Positions 8,279-16,356 are shown, numbered from the stretch's first letter. The stretch: DNA of 32,000 bases from Pyrodictium abyssi (GCF_036323395.1 NZ_AP028907.1:2100001-2132000); one strand, 5' to 3'. A program made the numbers and translations. The notes: generated from the letters alone by a model not told the origin.

Positions 8279-8696
8279 CGGTCCTGTGGTTTATGCAGTA
8301 CAGGCCTAGCCTTATAGCCTTCTTGCACGCCTGCGAGTCGCTGGTCACAAAGTATCTTGCCCCTAGCTCCTTGGCTGCGAGGATGTGTGCGACATCCACT
8401 ACCGTGTTGTCTGATAGTGCTGCTACGCCCCATTTCTGGAGGAGGCTCTTCGCCCTCTTTAGCAGCCTTAGAACGCCGACGCTGTATACGCGTATACCGT
8501 AGCTTCGGGCGAGGAGCCTGGCCGTGGCTTGCTTGTTCACTGCCGCGTACTCCCGGATGAGCAGCTTGCTTGTACAGAGCATGCCCCTGTGCCTCAGCGC
8601 GAACTCTATAGCCTCCCTCCTCGAGTCCTCGAGATCGACGAAGAAGTTCGTGTTCACGTAGTACCGGCACCTCCGCCTAGGCCTCCTCCCGGCCAC
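8256..8696 (-). CDS. PIN-like domain protein (putative toxin)
   Basis: 146-aa ORF. It has an N-terminal strand YVNTNFFVDLED and a C-terminal VVDVAHILAAKELGARYFVTSD resembling the first and last acidic-residue segments of PIN domains, although the first Asp is replaced by Asn. An alternative GTG start lies at 8657. Confidence 0.65.
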   Translation of the reverse strand: MAGRRPRRRCRYYVNTNFFVDLEDSRREAIEFALRHRGMLCTSKLLIREYAAVNKQATARLLARSYGIRVYSVGVLRLLKRAKSLLQKWGVAALSDNTVVDVAHILAAKELGARYFVTSDSQACKKAIRLGLYCINHRTGEEYAPS

Positions 8697-8802
8697 CCCT
8701 CACCGCCTCTTAGCGGACGCGGTCATGCCTAGCACGAAGCCTAGGAAGGTGAGCGCGAACGCCACCACTACCAGGAGCTTCAGCTTGGCCGAGACCGTCT
8801 CC

Positions 8803-8826
8803 GAAGAATCAAGAAGACACTGAAAC
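8803..8826 (+). repeat. solitary CRISPR repeat in inverted orientation relative to fragments A and B
   Basis: GAAGAATCAAGAAGACACTGAAAC is the exact reverse complement of the 24-nt repeat. No second copy follows it to the right. Confidence 0.9.
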
Positions 8827-9222
8827 CTCGGCTATGCCCCTGTCGCTGTGGGGTGCGAGTGTCTTCATTAGGTCGCGCTTGTACTTGCCCATGAAGAGTA
8901 CGGCTATGTAGGCTAGGGCTAGGCCGGCTGCTATGCTCACGCCTAGCCCTATGGGCCCGGCTGTGGGGGCTCCGAGGAAGGCTCCTACCCCGACGAGCGG
9001 CGCTATGGCTATGAGGGCAGCAGTGAAGCCCACGGTGGAGACCAGGACGTAGTGGAACACCTCGCGCCGGCCGTAGTACTCGGCGACGTAGTACATGCCG
9101 GCGATGTAGAGGGCTAGCCCTATGAGGCCTAGCGCGCCGTGTAGAGGCGAGAGCGTGGAGGCTACGAGGCCGAGGGCTGCGAGAGCCTTAGCAGTGGTCA
9201 GGTCCAGGCCAGGGGCCACCAA
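8809..9222 (-). CDS. integral membrane protein (resembles archaeal DUF996-type proteins), probably 3'-truncated
   Basis: 137-aa ORF with about 4 hydrophobic helices and the segment MYYVAEYYGRREVFHYV. The last codons (AEVSVSS-stop) are encoded by the solitary CRISPR repeat itself. The family assignment is from memory and unverified. Confidence 0.6.
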   Translation of the reverse strand: MVAPGLDLTTAKALAALGLVASTLSPLHGALGLIGLALYIAGMYYVAEYYGRREVFHYVLVSTVGFTAALIAIAPLVGVGAFLGAPTAGPIGLGVSIAAGLALAYIAVLFMGKYKRDLMKTLAPHSDRGIAEVSVSS

Positions 9223-9315
9223 AGGGGAGGATAGGACGCGTATCCTGGTATATGCTGCTCGCCCCCGGCAGGCGGTGTGGCTGGGGAGCCTTGCCGAGGG
9301 AGAAGGGTGGGCGAG

Positions 9316-9393
9316 TGGCGGGCCCGGGGGGATTTGAACCCCCGACCACCGGCTTAGGAGGCCGGCGCTCTATCCTAGCTGAGCTACGGGCCC
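9316..9393 (-). tRNA. tRNA-Arg (anticodon CCT), CCA encoded
   Basis: The minus strand reads GGGCCCGTAGCTCAGCTAGGATAGAGCGCCGGCCTCCTAAGCCGGTGGTCGGGGGTTCAAATCCCCCCGGGCCCGCCA. It has a 7-bp acceptor stem, a D arm GCTC/GAGC, an anticodon stem CCGGC/GCCGG with loop CTCCTAA, and a T arm GGGGG/CCCCC with TTCAAAT. Confidence 0.95.
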
Positions 9394-9508
9394 TCCCAGT
9401 CTGGGGCTTGGGAGGCCGTCCGGGGTGGGGCCCCGTGGCCCGCCTCTCCATGGGTCTCTTGTCACCCTCTGGGGGCTGATTATATGCCTTCTCCCCGGGG
9501 GACCGGGG

Positions 9509-10702
9509 CTAGGCGAGCTCTAGGGCTACTGCTGTGGCTCCGCCGAGGCCGTGGCAGAGGGTGGCTATCCCGCGTTCTCCGCCCAGGCTTCTCAGCGCGT
9601 TGATGAGCGTCACTATTATGCGGGCGCCGGTCGCGCCTATGGGGTGGCCTAGGGCTATCGCGCCGCCTAGGGGGTTTACCCGGTCGAGTGGGGCGCCGAG
9701 CATGTCCCTGGCTAGGAGCAGGCTTACCGCGAAGGCCTCGTTGACTTCTATGTAGTCGTAGTCCTCTAGCCGTGTCCCTGTCCGCTCGAGGAGCCTGCGG
9801 ACCGCGTAGACCGGTGCTTCTAGGAACCTCCAGGTCTCGGTGGCGGCCCAGGCGTAGCCTGTCAGCCTGGCCAGGGGGCGGAGCCCGTACTCGTCTAGGG
9901 CCCGCTCCGAGGCTAGCACTAGGGCGGCGGCTCCGTCGCTCAGCTGGCTGCTGTTGCCGGCGGTGTGTAGCCCGTCGGGGCCGAAGGCTGGGGGTAGGCG
10001 GGCGAGCTTCTCGGGGCTCGTGTCGGGCCTCACTCCCTCGTCGTGGTCGAGGCTGATACGCCGCCCGTTCTTCTCCACGTCCACGGGCGCTATCTCGCCG
10101 CTGAACAGGCCCGCGCGCTGCGCCCTGGCCGCGCGGGCGTGGCTCTCCGCGGCCACCTCGTCGAGCATCTCCCGGGTGTAGCCGTGCCTCCGCGCAACCA
10201 TGTCCGCCTCCTGGCCCATCCCGAGCCCCGCTACCGGGTCGTAGAGGCCGTCGTGGAACATGGCGTCTAGCAGCTCGAGCCGCCTGGCTATGAGGTGCCT
10301 TATCCCCCAGCGGGCATCGGCGGGCACGATGAAGGGCGCCCGCGACATGCTCTCCATGCCGCCCGCTACCACCAGGTCAGCGTCCCCAGAGCGTATCATC
10401 ATAGCAGCGTTGATCACCGCAGCCATCCCGGAGGAGCACACCATGTCCACGGTGGCGGCGTCTACGGCGGCCGGTATCCCGGCGCGGAGCGCTGCCTGCC
10501 TCGCCGTGTCCTGGCCCGTGCCAGCGCGTATAACGTGGCCCATGTAGACGAACTCCACGCTCGAGGGGTCCACGCGGCCCCGCTCCAGGGCTGCGCGGAT
10601 AGCGATGGCTCCTAGCTCTACCGCGTCTAGGCGGGAGAGGCTGCCCCCGAACCTGCCTATGGGCGTACGGGCGGCTGACACGATGTAGACATCCCTGGCC
10701 AT
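9509..10702 (-). CDS. acetyl-CoA C-acetyltransferase (thiolase)
   Basis: From the ATG at 10702 it reads MARDVYIVSAARTPIGRFGGSL. It has an active-site Cys region (VDMVCSSGMAA) and the C-terminal NPLGGAIALGHPIGATGARI and CHGLGGATAVALE motifs. The track ORF extends 30 codons further upstream to 10792. Confidence 0.93.
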   Translation of the reverse strand: MARDVYIVSAARTPIGRFGGSLSRLDAVELGAIAIRAALERGRVDPSSVEFVYMGHVIRAGTGQDTARQAALRAGIPAAVDAATVDMVCSSGMAAVINAAMMIRSGDADLVVAGGMESMSRAPFIVPADARWGIRHLIARRLELLDAMFHDGLYDPVAGLGMGQEADMVARRHGYTREMLDEVAAESHARAARAQRAGLFSGEIAPVDVEKNGRRISLDHDEGVRPDTSPEKLARLPPAFGPDGLHTAGNSSQLSDGAAALVLASERALDEYGLRPLARLTGYAWAATETWRFLEAPVYAVRRLLERTGTRLEDYDYIEVNEAFAVSLLLARDMLGAPLDRVNPLGGAIALGHPIGATGARIIVTLINALRSLGGERGIATLCHGLGGATAVALELA

Positions 10703-10788
10703 CGCGGCGGCGCCCCCGTTGGGTTGTTCCGCAGCGCTACCCGGCCAGGGGCTCTGGCCTGAACAGTGTAGCTGGTGGGATATAAGGC

Positions 10789-10834
10789 CCACAATAACGA
10801 TTATAGATAATTGTTATTGTGGACGATCGTCCAC
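10789..10834. promoter_or_regulatory. two overlapping palindromes upstream of the thiolase gene
   Basis: The first palindrome is CCACAATAACGATT-ATAGAT-AATTGTTATTGTGG (10789-10822), with 14-nt arms and 1 mismatch. It overlaps the perfect 16-bp palindrome GTGGACGATCGTCCAC (10819-10834). The loop contains TATA-like TTATAGATAA. Function is unknown. Confidence 0.5.
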
Positions 10835-11169
10835 GCTATGCCGCTGGTATGCTGGCACGTGGCTGGCGACTCTTGCCCGACATACCCGATGAATACGACA
10901 GTAATGGATGCTGGTAGTTTCGCCTACCACATGCATCAACCTAGGACAAGCTTCAGGAGCTGCGACACTGCCAGTCTAGCCGCGTAATAGGAGGGCAGAG
11001 CAAGGCATGAACACCCGGTACCCGGGGCAAGAGGCTCGGCCGACCATGGATTAGCATCTTCGCCTCACGGCTGCCGTGTCTAGGGCGCGGGGCTGTCTGA
11101 GGAGAACTTGCGAGTTGTCTACGTGGGCTAGCGGGCAGCAGAGCGCCAAGAAAAGGCCTACATCGGGGT

Positions 11170-14103
11170 CTAGCCCGGGTTTTCAAGCCTGTACACGTAC
11201 ACCGGGTAGCCGCGGAACAGTATCGCGAGGTACACCTCTTCCTGGCCGCAGTCGCTGATTAGGCTACCCAGCCTGGCCAGGTCTACCTCTATGGTTACCA
11301 CGCCTCCCTCCGTGGTCCACCTGGATGCCTCTATGTAGGGTATGCTGGTGTAGCGCCAGCCCGGCGGTGTGACCCCGGCACAGAGCCTGGCGTCTGGCGT
11401 GTAGAGCAGCACCTGGAAGTCCCTGAGCGGATCCACCTGAGGGATATCCTCCACGTCCACGTGGATGGTCAGCGTCGTCGCGGTAGTGTTCACCGTTGCC
11501 GGGGGCACTGGGCCGGGGACAGCGTAGACGCGTATGCTCAGCGCGTCGCCCCGCTCTAGGGCTAGCCAGAAGGAGCCCTTGGCCTCCACGGCGCTGCTGT
11601 AGTACTTCTCTAGCAGATCGGTAGCGTGGCCTGCTAGCCAGTGGGCCCACTGCTCGCGGAGCAGCGGCGTATAGGCAGCGTCAATGGGCGGGCTTGGTGT
11701 GCCCGGGACCTCCTGGAGAGCGGGGAGCCGTAGCTCCTTCCACGCGCTCCATAGAGGGAGTACTGTGGCTAGCTGCTCGGCGGGAGCCATGCCGGTGGCG
11801 TTGGCCACGAGGGCTACGATGTCCACTGCTAGTTTCTCGTCTATCCTGTCCTCCGGGTAGGTGTCGGGTAGGCTTGGCGCTGTCTGTAGGAGCGCGGTCA
11901 CCACTGTCTCGTTGCCTAGCAGCGCTACGCGGTATAGGTTGACCTCAGCCACGGGGCTAGAAGAGTTAGCCACGTACTCCATGTAGTCCTGCCACTCGAT
12001 GGGCGGCAGATGCTGGTCGAGCACCAGCAGGGTGCCGCCTAGGGGCGCTGCGGCCACAGCGTGGCCAGGAGGCTCAGCCCACTCTATAGTGACTACGTAG
12101 GCCTCGTGGAGGCCCCCAGCGAGCAGCGCAGCAGCCTCGAACACGGCGTAGTCCACGCATATCCCGGAGCCGCGGCTCAGCATCTCTAGCGGGGTATAGG
12201 TGCGGAAGCCCGTGCCATAGACGGCGTTAGCCCGGTCGTAGTTGTAGGTGAAGTTGCTATCGGCGTACTCGAGGACCCTCCACACGAGCCACTCGGGGCT
12301 AGGCTCCCCGCCGCCTAGTACTCTTGACCGGAGCACTTCTAGCGAGGTCGTGTTCACGCCGCAGACGAGTGCGTGGTAGAGGTCGAACCCGGGCACGCTC
12401 TCGAGGACGCTGCAGCCCGTCCTCGGCTCATCCACGTAGACCAGGTCCCTTATCTCGGCGCTATCCCTGCCCAGTACCAGGGTGGCCTGGAAGACCCTGG
12501 CACTACCCAGCCAGCCTATGACCGTGTACTCTCCCGGCCCGAGCCTGTCCAGCAGCTGGTTGACCGGGATAAGCACCCTCATGCCGCGCCTGGTCACTAT
12601 CACCTGGTACGCCTCTACGGCGTCCTGGTCCTCGTCTATCTCGCGGGTATACACGGTGAAGACGGGCAGCGGCCCCTTATCGTACACGGCTATCTGCTCC
12701 ACGTAGCCCTCCAGCTCCACAGCCAGGAACCCGGCCCCAGCCTCCTGGCTGCCAGCGGCCCCGAGTATGGCGTCTACCGCCTCCTCTAGGCTTGCGGCGA
12801 GCGCGGCTCCCTCGCCGACAACGACCACCGTGGCTGTGGACGCGTTGCGCCATGCCGTCCAGCTTTCTAGCAGCCCCTGTAGCCCGCTACGGGTAGCCGG
12901 GTAGGGTCTCACGGTGCCGCTCAACTCCAGCGAGAGGGCGCTAGCGCCTGCTAGGCTCCTCTTGGCCTCGGCGCCGAGCTGTAGGGGGCTGAGGTGGAGG
13001 CGGAGCACCGTGGTGCCGTTGTAGACGCTCACGGCGGCTTCTAGCTCGGCGCCGTTGAGCCAGCCCATCGGGTCGACGAGCACGGCCTCGCCGCCTGCCC
13101 CGACTAGTAGGGCGGCGTAGCAGCCCATTGGCGGCCAGCCGGCGCCCCCTACGGTGTCGGCGCTCTGCGGGACGCCGACTAGGAATACGTGCTCGCCGGG
13201 CTGCCTCGCGGCGGCGAGTAGGGCGTAGACGAGGAGGCCTAGGCTCTGGCAGTCCCCGGCGCCGCGCCTGGCGAGCTCTAGGGGGAATAGCCAGCCGGTA
13301 GCGTTGCCCAGGCTCTGCGTAGCGGTGTCCACGTAGTAGATGGCTGTGGGCGGCGTGTAGGCTAGGTCGAGCGATACCCAGCGGAGGACGGCTAGCGCTC
13401 TCTCGTAGGGATCGAAGGCTGCGAGGCCCCTGGCTAGCTCGGGGCTTGTCTCTATCAGGGTTCTTGCCTCCTCGGCTGCCTGGCTGAGCTTCTCGGCGAG
13501 CTCGCTGAGCCTGTAGAGCCGGTTCTGTAGCCTAGCCTCCTCCGCGAGCTCGGCGAGCCTCCTATACTCGCTGGTGAGATTACTGTATGATTCTAGGAGG
13601 CTCTGGTACCTGGCCTGGAGGCTGGCCAGCTCCCTGGTTAGGTTCTCCTGGGCTGCCTGGAGCTCCCTGAGCCTTGTCTGGGCCTCTTCTAGCTCCTGGA
13701 GAGCGTCCCTATAGCTGGCCTGTAGCTCCTCTAGCTGGGCCTCTAGCCTGTCTCTCTCGCCTAGGGCCTCGCGGTACGCCTTCTCGAGGCTTCTCAGCTT
13801 CTCCTCTACAGCTTGCAGCTCCCTGGTGGCGTTCTCGTAGCGCCCGCGTAGCGTCTCGTACTCGGCAAGCAGGCTCTGGTAGCTCTCCTTTAGAGCGTTG
13901 TAGTCTCTCTGCAGCTTCTCCGCCTTCTCGGCTAGCGGGCTCTTCTCCGCGAGGAGCCTCTCGGCCTCGACGTACTTTGTGTAGAAGTAGGCGGCGATGC
14001 TTAGCGAGGCTGCTAGCAGGAGGATGAGTATAGCTGTGTAGGGGCCGGCGACGCCCCGGAGACGGGCTCTACGGTTCGCGCCTAGCGGGGAGAAATCGGG
14101 CAA
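11170..14103 (-). CDS. membrane-anchored coiled-coil protein with two transglutaminase-like (Cys-protease fold) domains
   Basis: 977-aa ORF with an N-terminal TM helix (YTAILILLLAASLSIAAYFY) and about 200 aa of heptad-like Leu/Glu/Arg-rich coiled coil. Two Cys-centred segments follow: GAGDCQSLGLLVYALL...VLVDPMGW and GSGICVDYAVFEAAALL...GHAVAA...LVLDQ. The second has a plausible C-H-D triad. Confidence 0.85.
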   Translation of the reverse strand: MPDFSPLGANRRARLRGVAGPYTAILILLLAASLSIAAYFYTKYVEAERLLAEKSPLAEKAEKLQRDYNALKESYQSLLAEYETLRGRYENATRELQAVEEKLRSLEKAYREALGERDRLEAQLEELQASYRDALQELEEAQTRLRELQAAQENLTRELASLQARYQSLLESYSNLTSEYRRLAELAEEARLQNRLYRLSELAEKLSQAAEEARTLIETSPELARGLAAFDPYERALAVLRWVSLDLAYTPPTAIYYVDTATQSLGNATGWLFPLELARRGAGDCQSLGLLVYALLAAARQPGEHVFLVGVPQSADTVGGAGWPPMGCYAALLVGAGGEAVLVDPMGWLNGAELEAAVSVYNGTTVLRLHLSPLQLGAEAKRSLAGASALSLELSGTVRPYPATRSGLQGLLESWTAWRNASTATVVVVGEGAALAASLEEAVDAILGAAGSQEAGAGFLAVELEGYVEQIAVYDKGPLPVFTVYTREIDEDQDAVEAYQVIVTRRGMRVLIPVNQLLDRLGPGEYTVIGWLGSARVFQATLVLGRDSAEIRDLVYVDEPRTGCSVLESVPGFDLYHALVCGVNTTSLEVLRSRVLGGGEPSPEWLVWRVLEYADSNFTYNYDRANAVYGTGFRTYTPLEMLSRGSGICVDYAVFEAAALLAGGLHEAYVVTIEWAEPPGHAVAAAPLGGTLLVLDQHLPPIEWQDYMEYVANSSSPVAEVNLYRVALLGNETVVTALLQTAPSLPDTYPEDRIDEKLAVDIVALVANATGMAPAEQLATVLPLWSAWKELRLPALQEVPGTPSPPIDAAYTPLLREQWAHWLAGHATDLLEKYYSSAVEAKGSFWLALERGDALSIRVYAVPGPVPPATVNTTATTLTIHVDVEDIPQVDPLRDFQVLLYTPDARLCAGVTPPGWRYTSIPYIEASRWTTEGGVVTIEVDLARLGSLISDCGQEEVYLAILFRGYPVYVYRLENPG

Positions 14104-14214
14104 CGCGGCAGTACCTCCATCTGGGCGGTGGCATCCTAGCCACGCCGTATAGGAGGCGGGAAAACACGCTATATGCGCGGCGCATGCACCCAGGAGGCAG
14201 CGTGTGGCCCCGGG

Positions 14215-16356
14215 CTACATCGCTGCGGCGAACGCTCTTATGGCGAGCGCGACTATGGTTGCAAGTGCGAGGTCGTAGGTTAGCGCTGCTAGTGCTAGCC
14301 GGGCGCTCCTAGTCTCAGAGTATATCGTGGCGAGCGTCGCCATGCAGGGTATGTAGAGCGTGACCGCAGCCATTAGTGCTAGTGCCTGCCAGGGCTCCAG
14401 AGCGTAGGCTGCGAGAGTCGCGTACTCTGCCTCGCCCGTAGCGCTGTCTAGGGGCGAGACCACGGCTATGGAGTCGAGGAACACCTCTTTGGCTATGAAG
14501 CCGCCTAGTAGGCCGAAGCCTATACGCCAGGCCCGGTCATAGTCCACGCCTAGCAGGTGCTCCACGTAGGGTGCTAGTAGCCGGCCCACGGCCGCCGCGT
14601 AGCTCTGGGAGGCGCCTCCGTCCACGTCCCCGAGGTAGCCGGCTGGCCCGTAGTTTGCTAGCAGCCAGAGCACGATGCTGGCCGCCACTATCACCGTGCC
14701 GGCGCGGACGAGGAAGTGGCGCAGCTTATCCCAGACGAACCACCAGACGACCCGGAGGCTAGGCCTCTTCAGCGGCGGTAGCTCCAGCACTATCTCGCTA
14801 GCCTCGCTGCCTTCGATGCGGGTAACGAGCTTCAGCGTCGCCAGGAACGATGCTATCGAGATCAGGTAGACGGTGAACACTGCTAGCGCGCTCTCTAGGG
14901 GGCTCCGGAAGAACACGTGCGCTAGCGCCAGGAGTACTGCTAGCCGCGCGCTGCAGGGCACCAGTGGTATCGCGAAGGCTACGGCCCTCTTCTCCTGCAC
15001 CGAGTCCATAACCCGGGTGGATATCACGCCCGGCACGTTGCAGCCGAGGCTGACCATGGCCGGGAATATCGCCTTGCCGCTGACGCCGAAGCGGCGGAAG
15101 AACCTGTCAACCCCCGCCGCTATCCGCGGCAGCAGGCCGGAGTCCTCTAACGCCGCTATCAGCGCCATAAGCACGGCTAGCAGCGGGACGAAGGTGAGCA
15201 CCAGGCCTAGCCCGTACTCGGAGGAGAGGACCCCCTCGCCTATTAGCCGGGCTAGCACCGGGTGCGGGATAACGCCCTCCACCCAGCCGGCGAGCCTATC
15301 CATAGCGGCGGCGACGAGCCCCGAGAGGCTATACTCCGCTACAGCCTCCGCGGCCTTCTCGAAGCCGAGGCGCTCGAGGAGCACGTCGAGAGGCCAGCCC
15401 GTCGCGATAACGTAGGTGGCGAGGAACACGAGGAGCATAAACCCGAGGCTAGCAAGAGGCCCCGTCAACGGGTTGAGGAAGACCAGGTCTAGCCTAGACA
15501 AGCCCCCGCCACCGTCATCGCCCTCCACGCGCTCAACGTACCTCTCGTAGAGGCGGGAGGCGTACTCGTACCTCCTCTTTATGAACTCGAGCGACGGGTC
15601 CAAGCCCCTAGCGGCTAGCTCGCCGCGGAGCCTCTCAGCCTCCTCGACCACTCTCCGGGCCCCAGCGGGGCCCAGCAGCTCCTCGAGGTACCGGGGGACC
15701 CAGTCGTAGCCCTCGAGGAGCTTTACGGCGAGCCACCTGGCGCGCCCCGGCTCGACCCCCTCCTCGGCTAGGAGCCCGGCTAGGCGGTCCACGTAGGGCT
15801 TGAGATCGCCTAGAACCTTCTCTAGCAGCCTCCCGTCATCGCTTCTACGCCTTGGCCTCCTGAGGGCCTCTACTAGCCCGTCGACACCCTGCCCCTCTAG
15901 GGCGCTGACGAGCACAACAGGTGCTCCCAGCTCTTTCTCCAGGCCCTCAACGTCTATGCGTAGCCCCTTCTCCCCGAGCATGTCGGCCTTGGTCAGCACC
16001 ACCACGACGTTGTCGAAGGCCTCTAGCAGCTCTAGGGGGAGGAAGAGGCTCCTCTCCAGAGTCGTAGCATCGGCTATAGCGACTATCACGTCGGGGCTGT
16101 TCTCCAGGAGGAAGCTGCGCGTAACCTCCTCCTCGGGGCCACTGCCGCTGATACTATAGGTTCCGGGGAGGTCGACTATGCAGAGCGTAGAGCCGTCGGC
16201 CCTAAGGTAGGCGGTCTTAATGTCCACGGTCGCGCCTGGCCAGTTGGCGACGAACTCGCTCGACCCGGTAAGCCTGTTGAAGAGCGTAGTCTTACCACTG
16301 TTAGGGGCACCCACTAGCGCTGCTACTATGCTGCATTCTCGCTGGCCACGCTCCAA
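14215..16356 (-). CDS. feoB: ferrous iron transport protein B
   Basis: 713-aa ORF with an N-terminal G domain (VGAPNSGKTTLFNRLTG, DLPGTYS, TKAD) followed by a polytopic membrane domain typical of FeoB. Confidence 0.95.
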   Translation of the reverse strand: MERGQRECSIVAALVGAPNSGKTTLFNRLTGSSEFVANWPGATVDIKTAYLRADGSTLCIVDLPGTYSISGSGPEEEVTRSFLLENSPDVIVAIADATTLERSLFLPLELLEAFDNVVVVLTKADMLGEKGLRIDVEGLEKELGAPVVLVSALEGQGVDGLVEALRRPRRRSDDGRLLEKVLGDLKPYVDRLAGLLAEEGVEPGRARWLAVKLLEGYDWVPRYLEELLGPAGARRVVEEAERLRGELAARGLDPSLEFIKRRYEYASRLYERYVERVEGDDGGGGLSRLDLVFLNPLTGPLASLGFMLLVFLATYVIATGWPLDVLLERLGFEKAAEAVAEYSLSGLVAAAMDRLAGWVEGVIPHPVLARLIGEGVLSSEYGLGLVLTFVPLLAVLMALIAALEDSGLLPRIAAGVDRFFRRFGVSGKAIFPAMVSLGCNVPGVISTRVMDSVQEKRAVAFAIPLVPCSARLAVLLALAHVFFRSPLESALAVFTVYLISIASFLATLKLVTRIEGSEASEIVLELPPLKRPSLRVVWWFVWDKLRHFLVRAGTVIVAASIVLWLLANYGPAGYLGDVDGGASQSYAAAVGRLLAPYVEHLLGVDYDRAWRIGFGLLGGFIAKEVFLDSIAVVSPLDSATGEAEYATLAAYALEPWQALALMAAVTLYIPCMATLATIYSETRSARLALAALTYDLALATIVALAIRAFAAAM

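Noticed and set aside
9478-9490. TATA-like GATTATATGCC considered as the tRNA-Arg promoter
   Set aside because: It lies about 90 nt upstream of the mature 5' end, too far for the usual -26 archaeal TATA position. No better box was seen, so no promoter is annotated.
14873-15415. 180-aa plus-strand ORF antisense to feoB, and similar antisense ORFs (14571..14762, 15800..16159)
   Set aside because: They are Ser/Arg/Ala-rich shadow ORFs inside a gene with clear FeoB G-domain and membrane-domain features.
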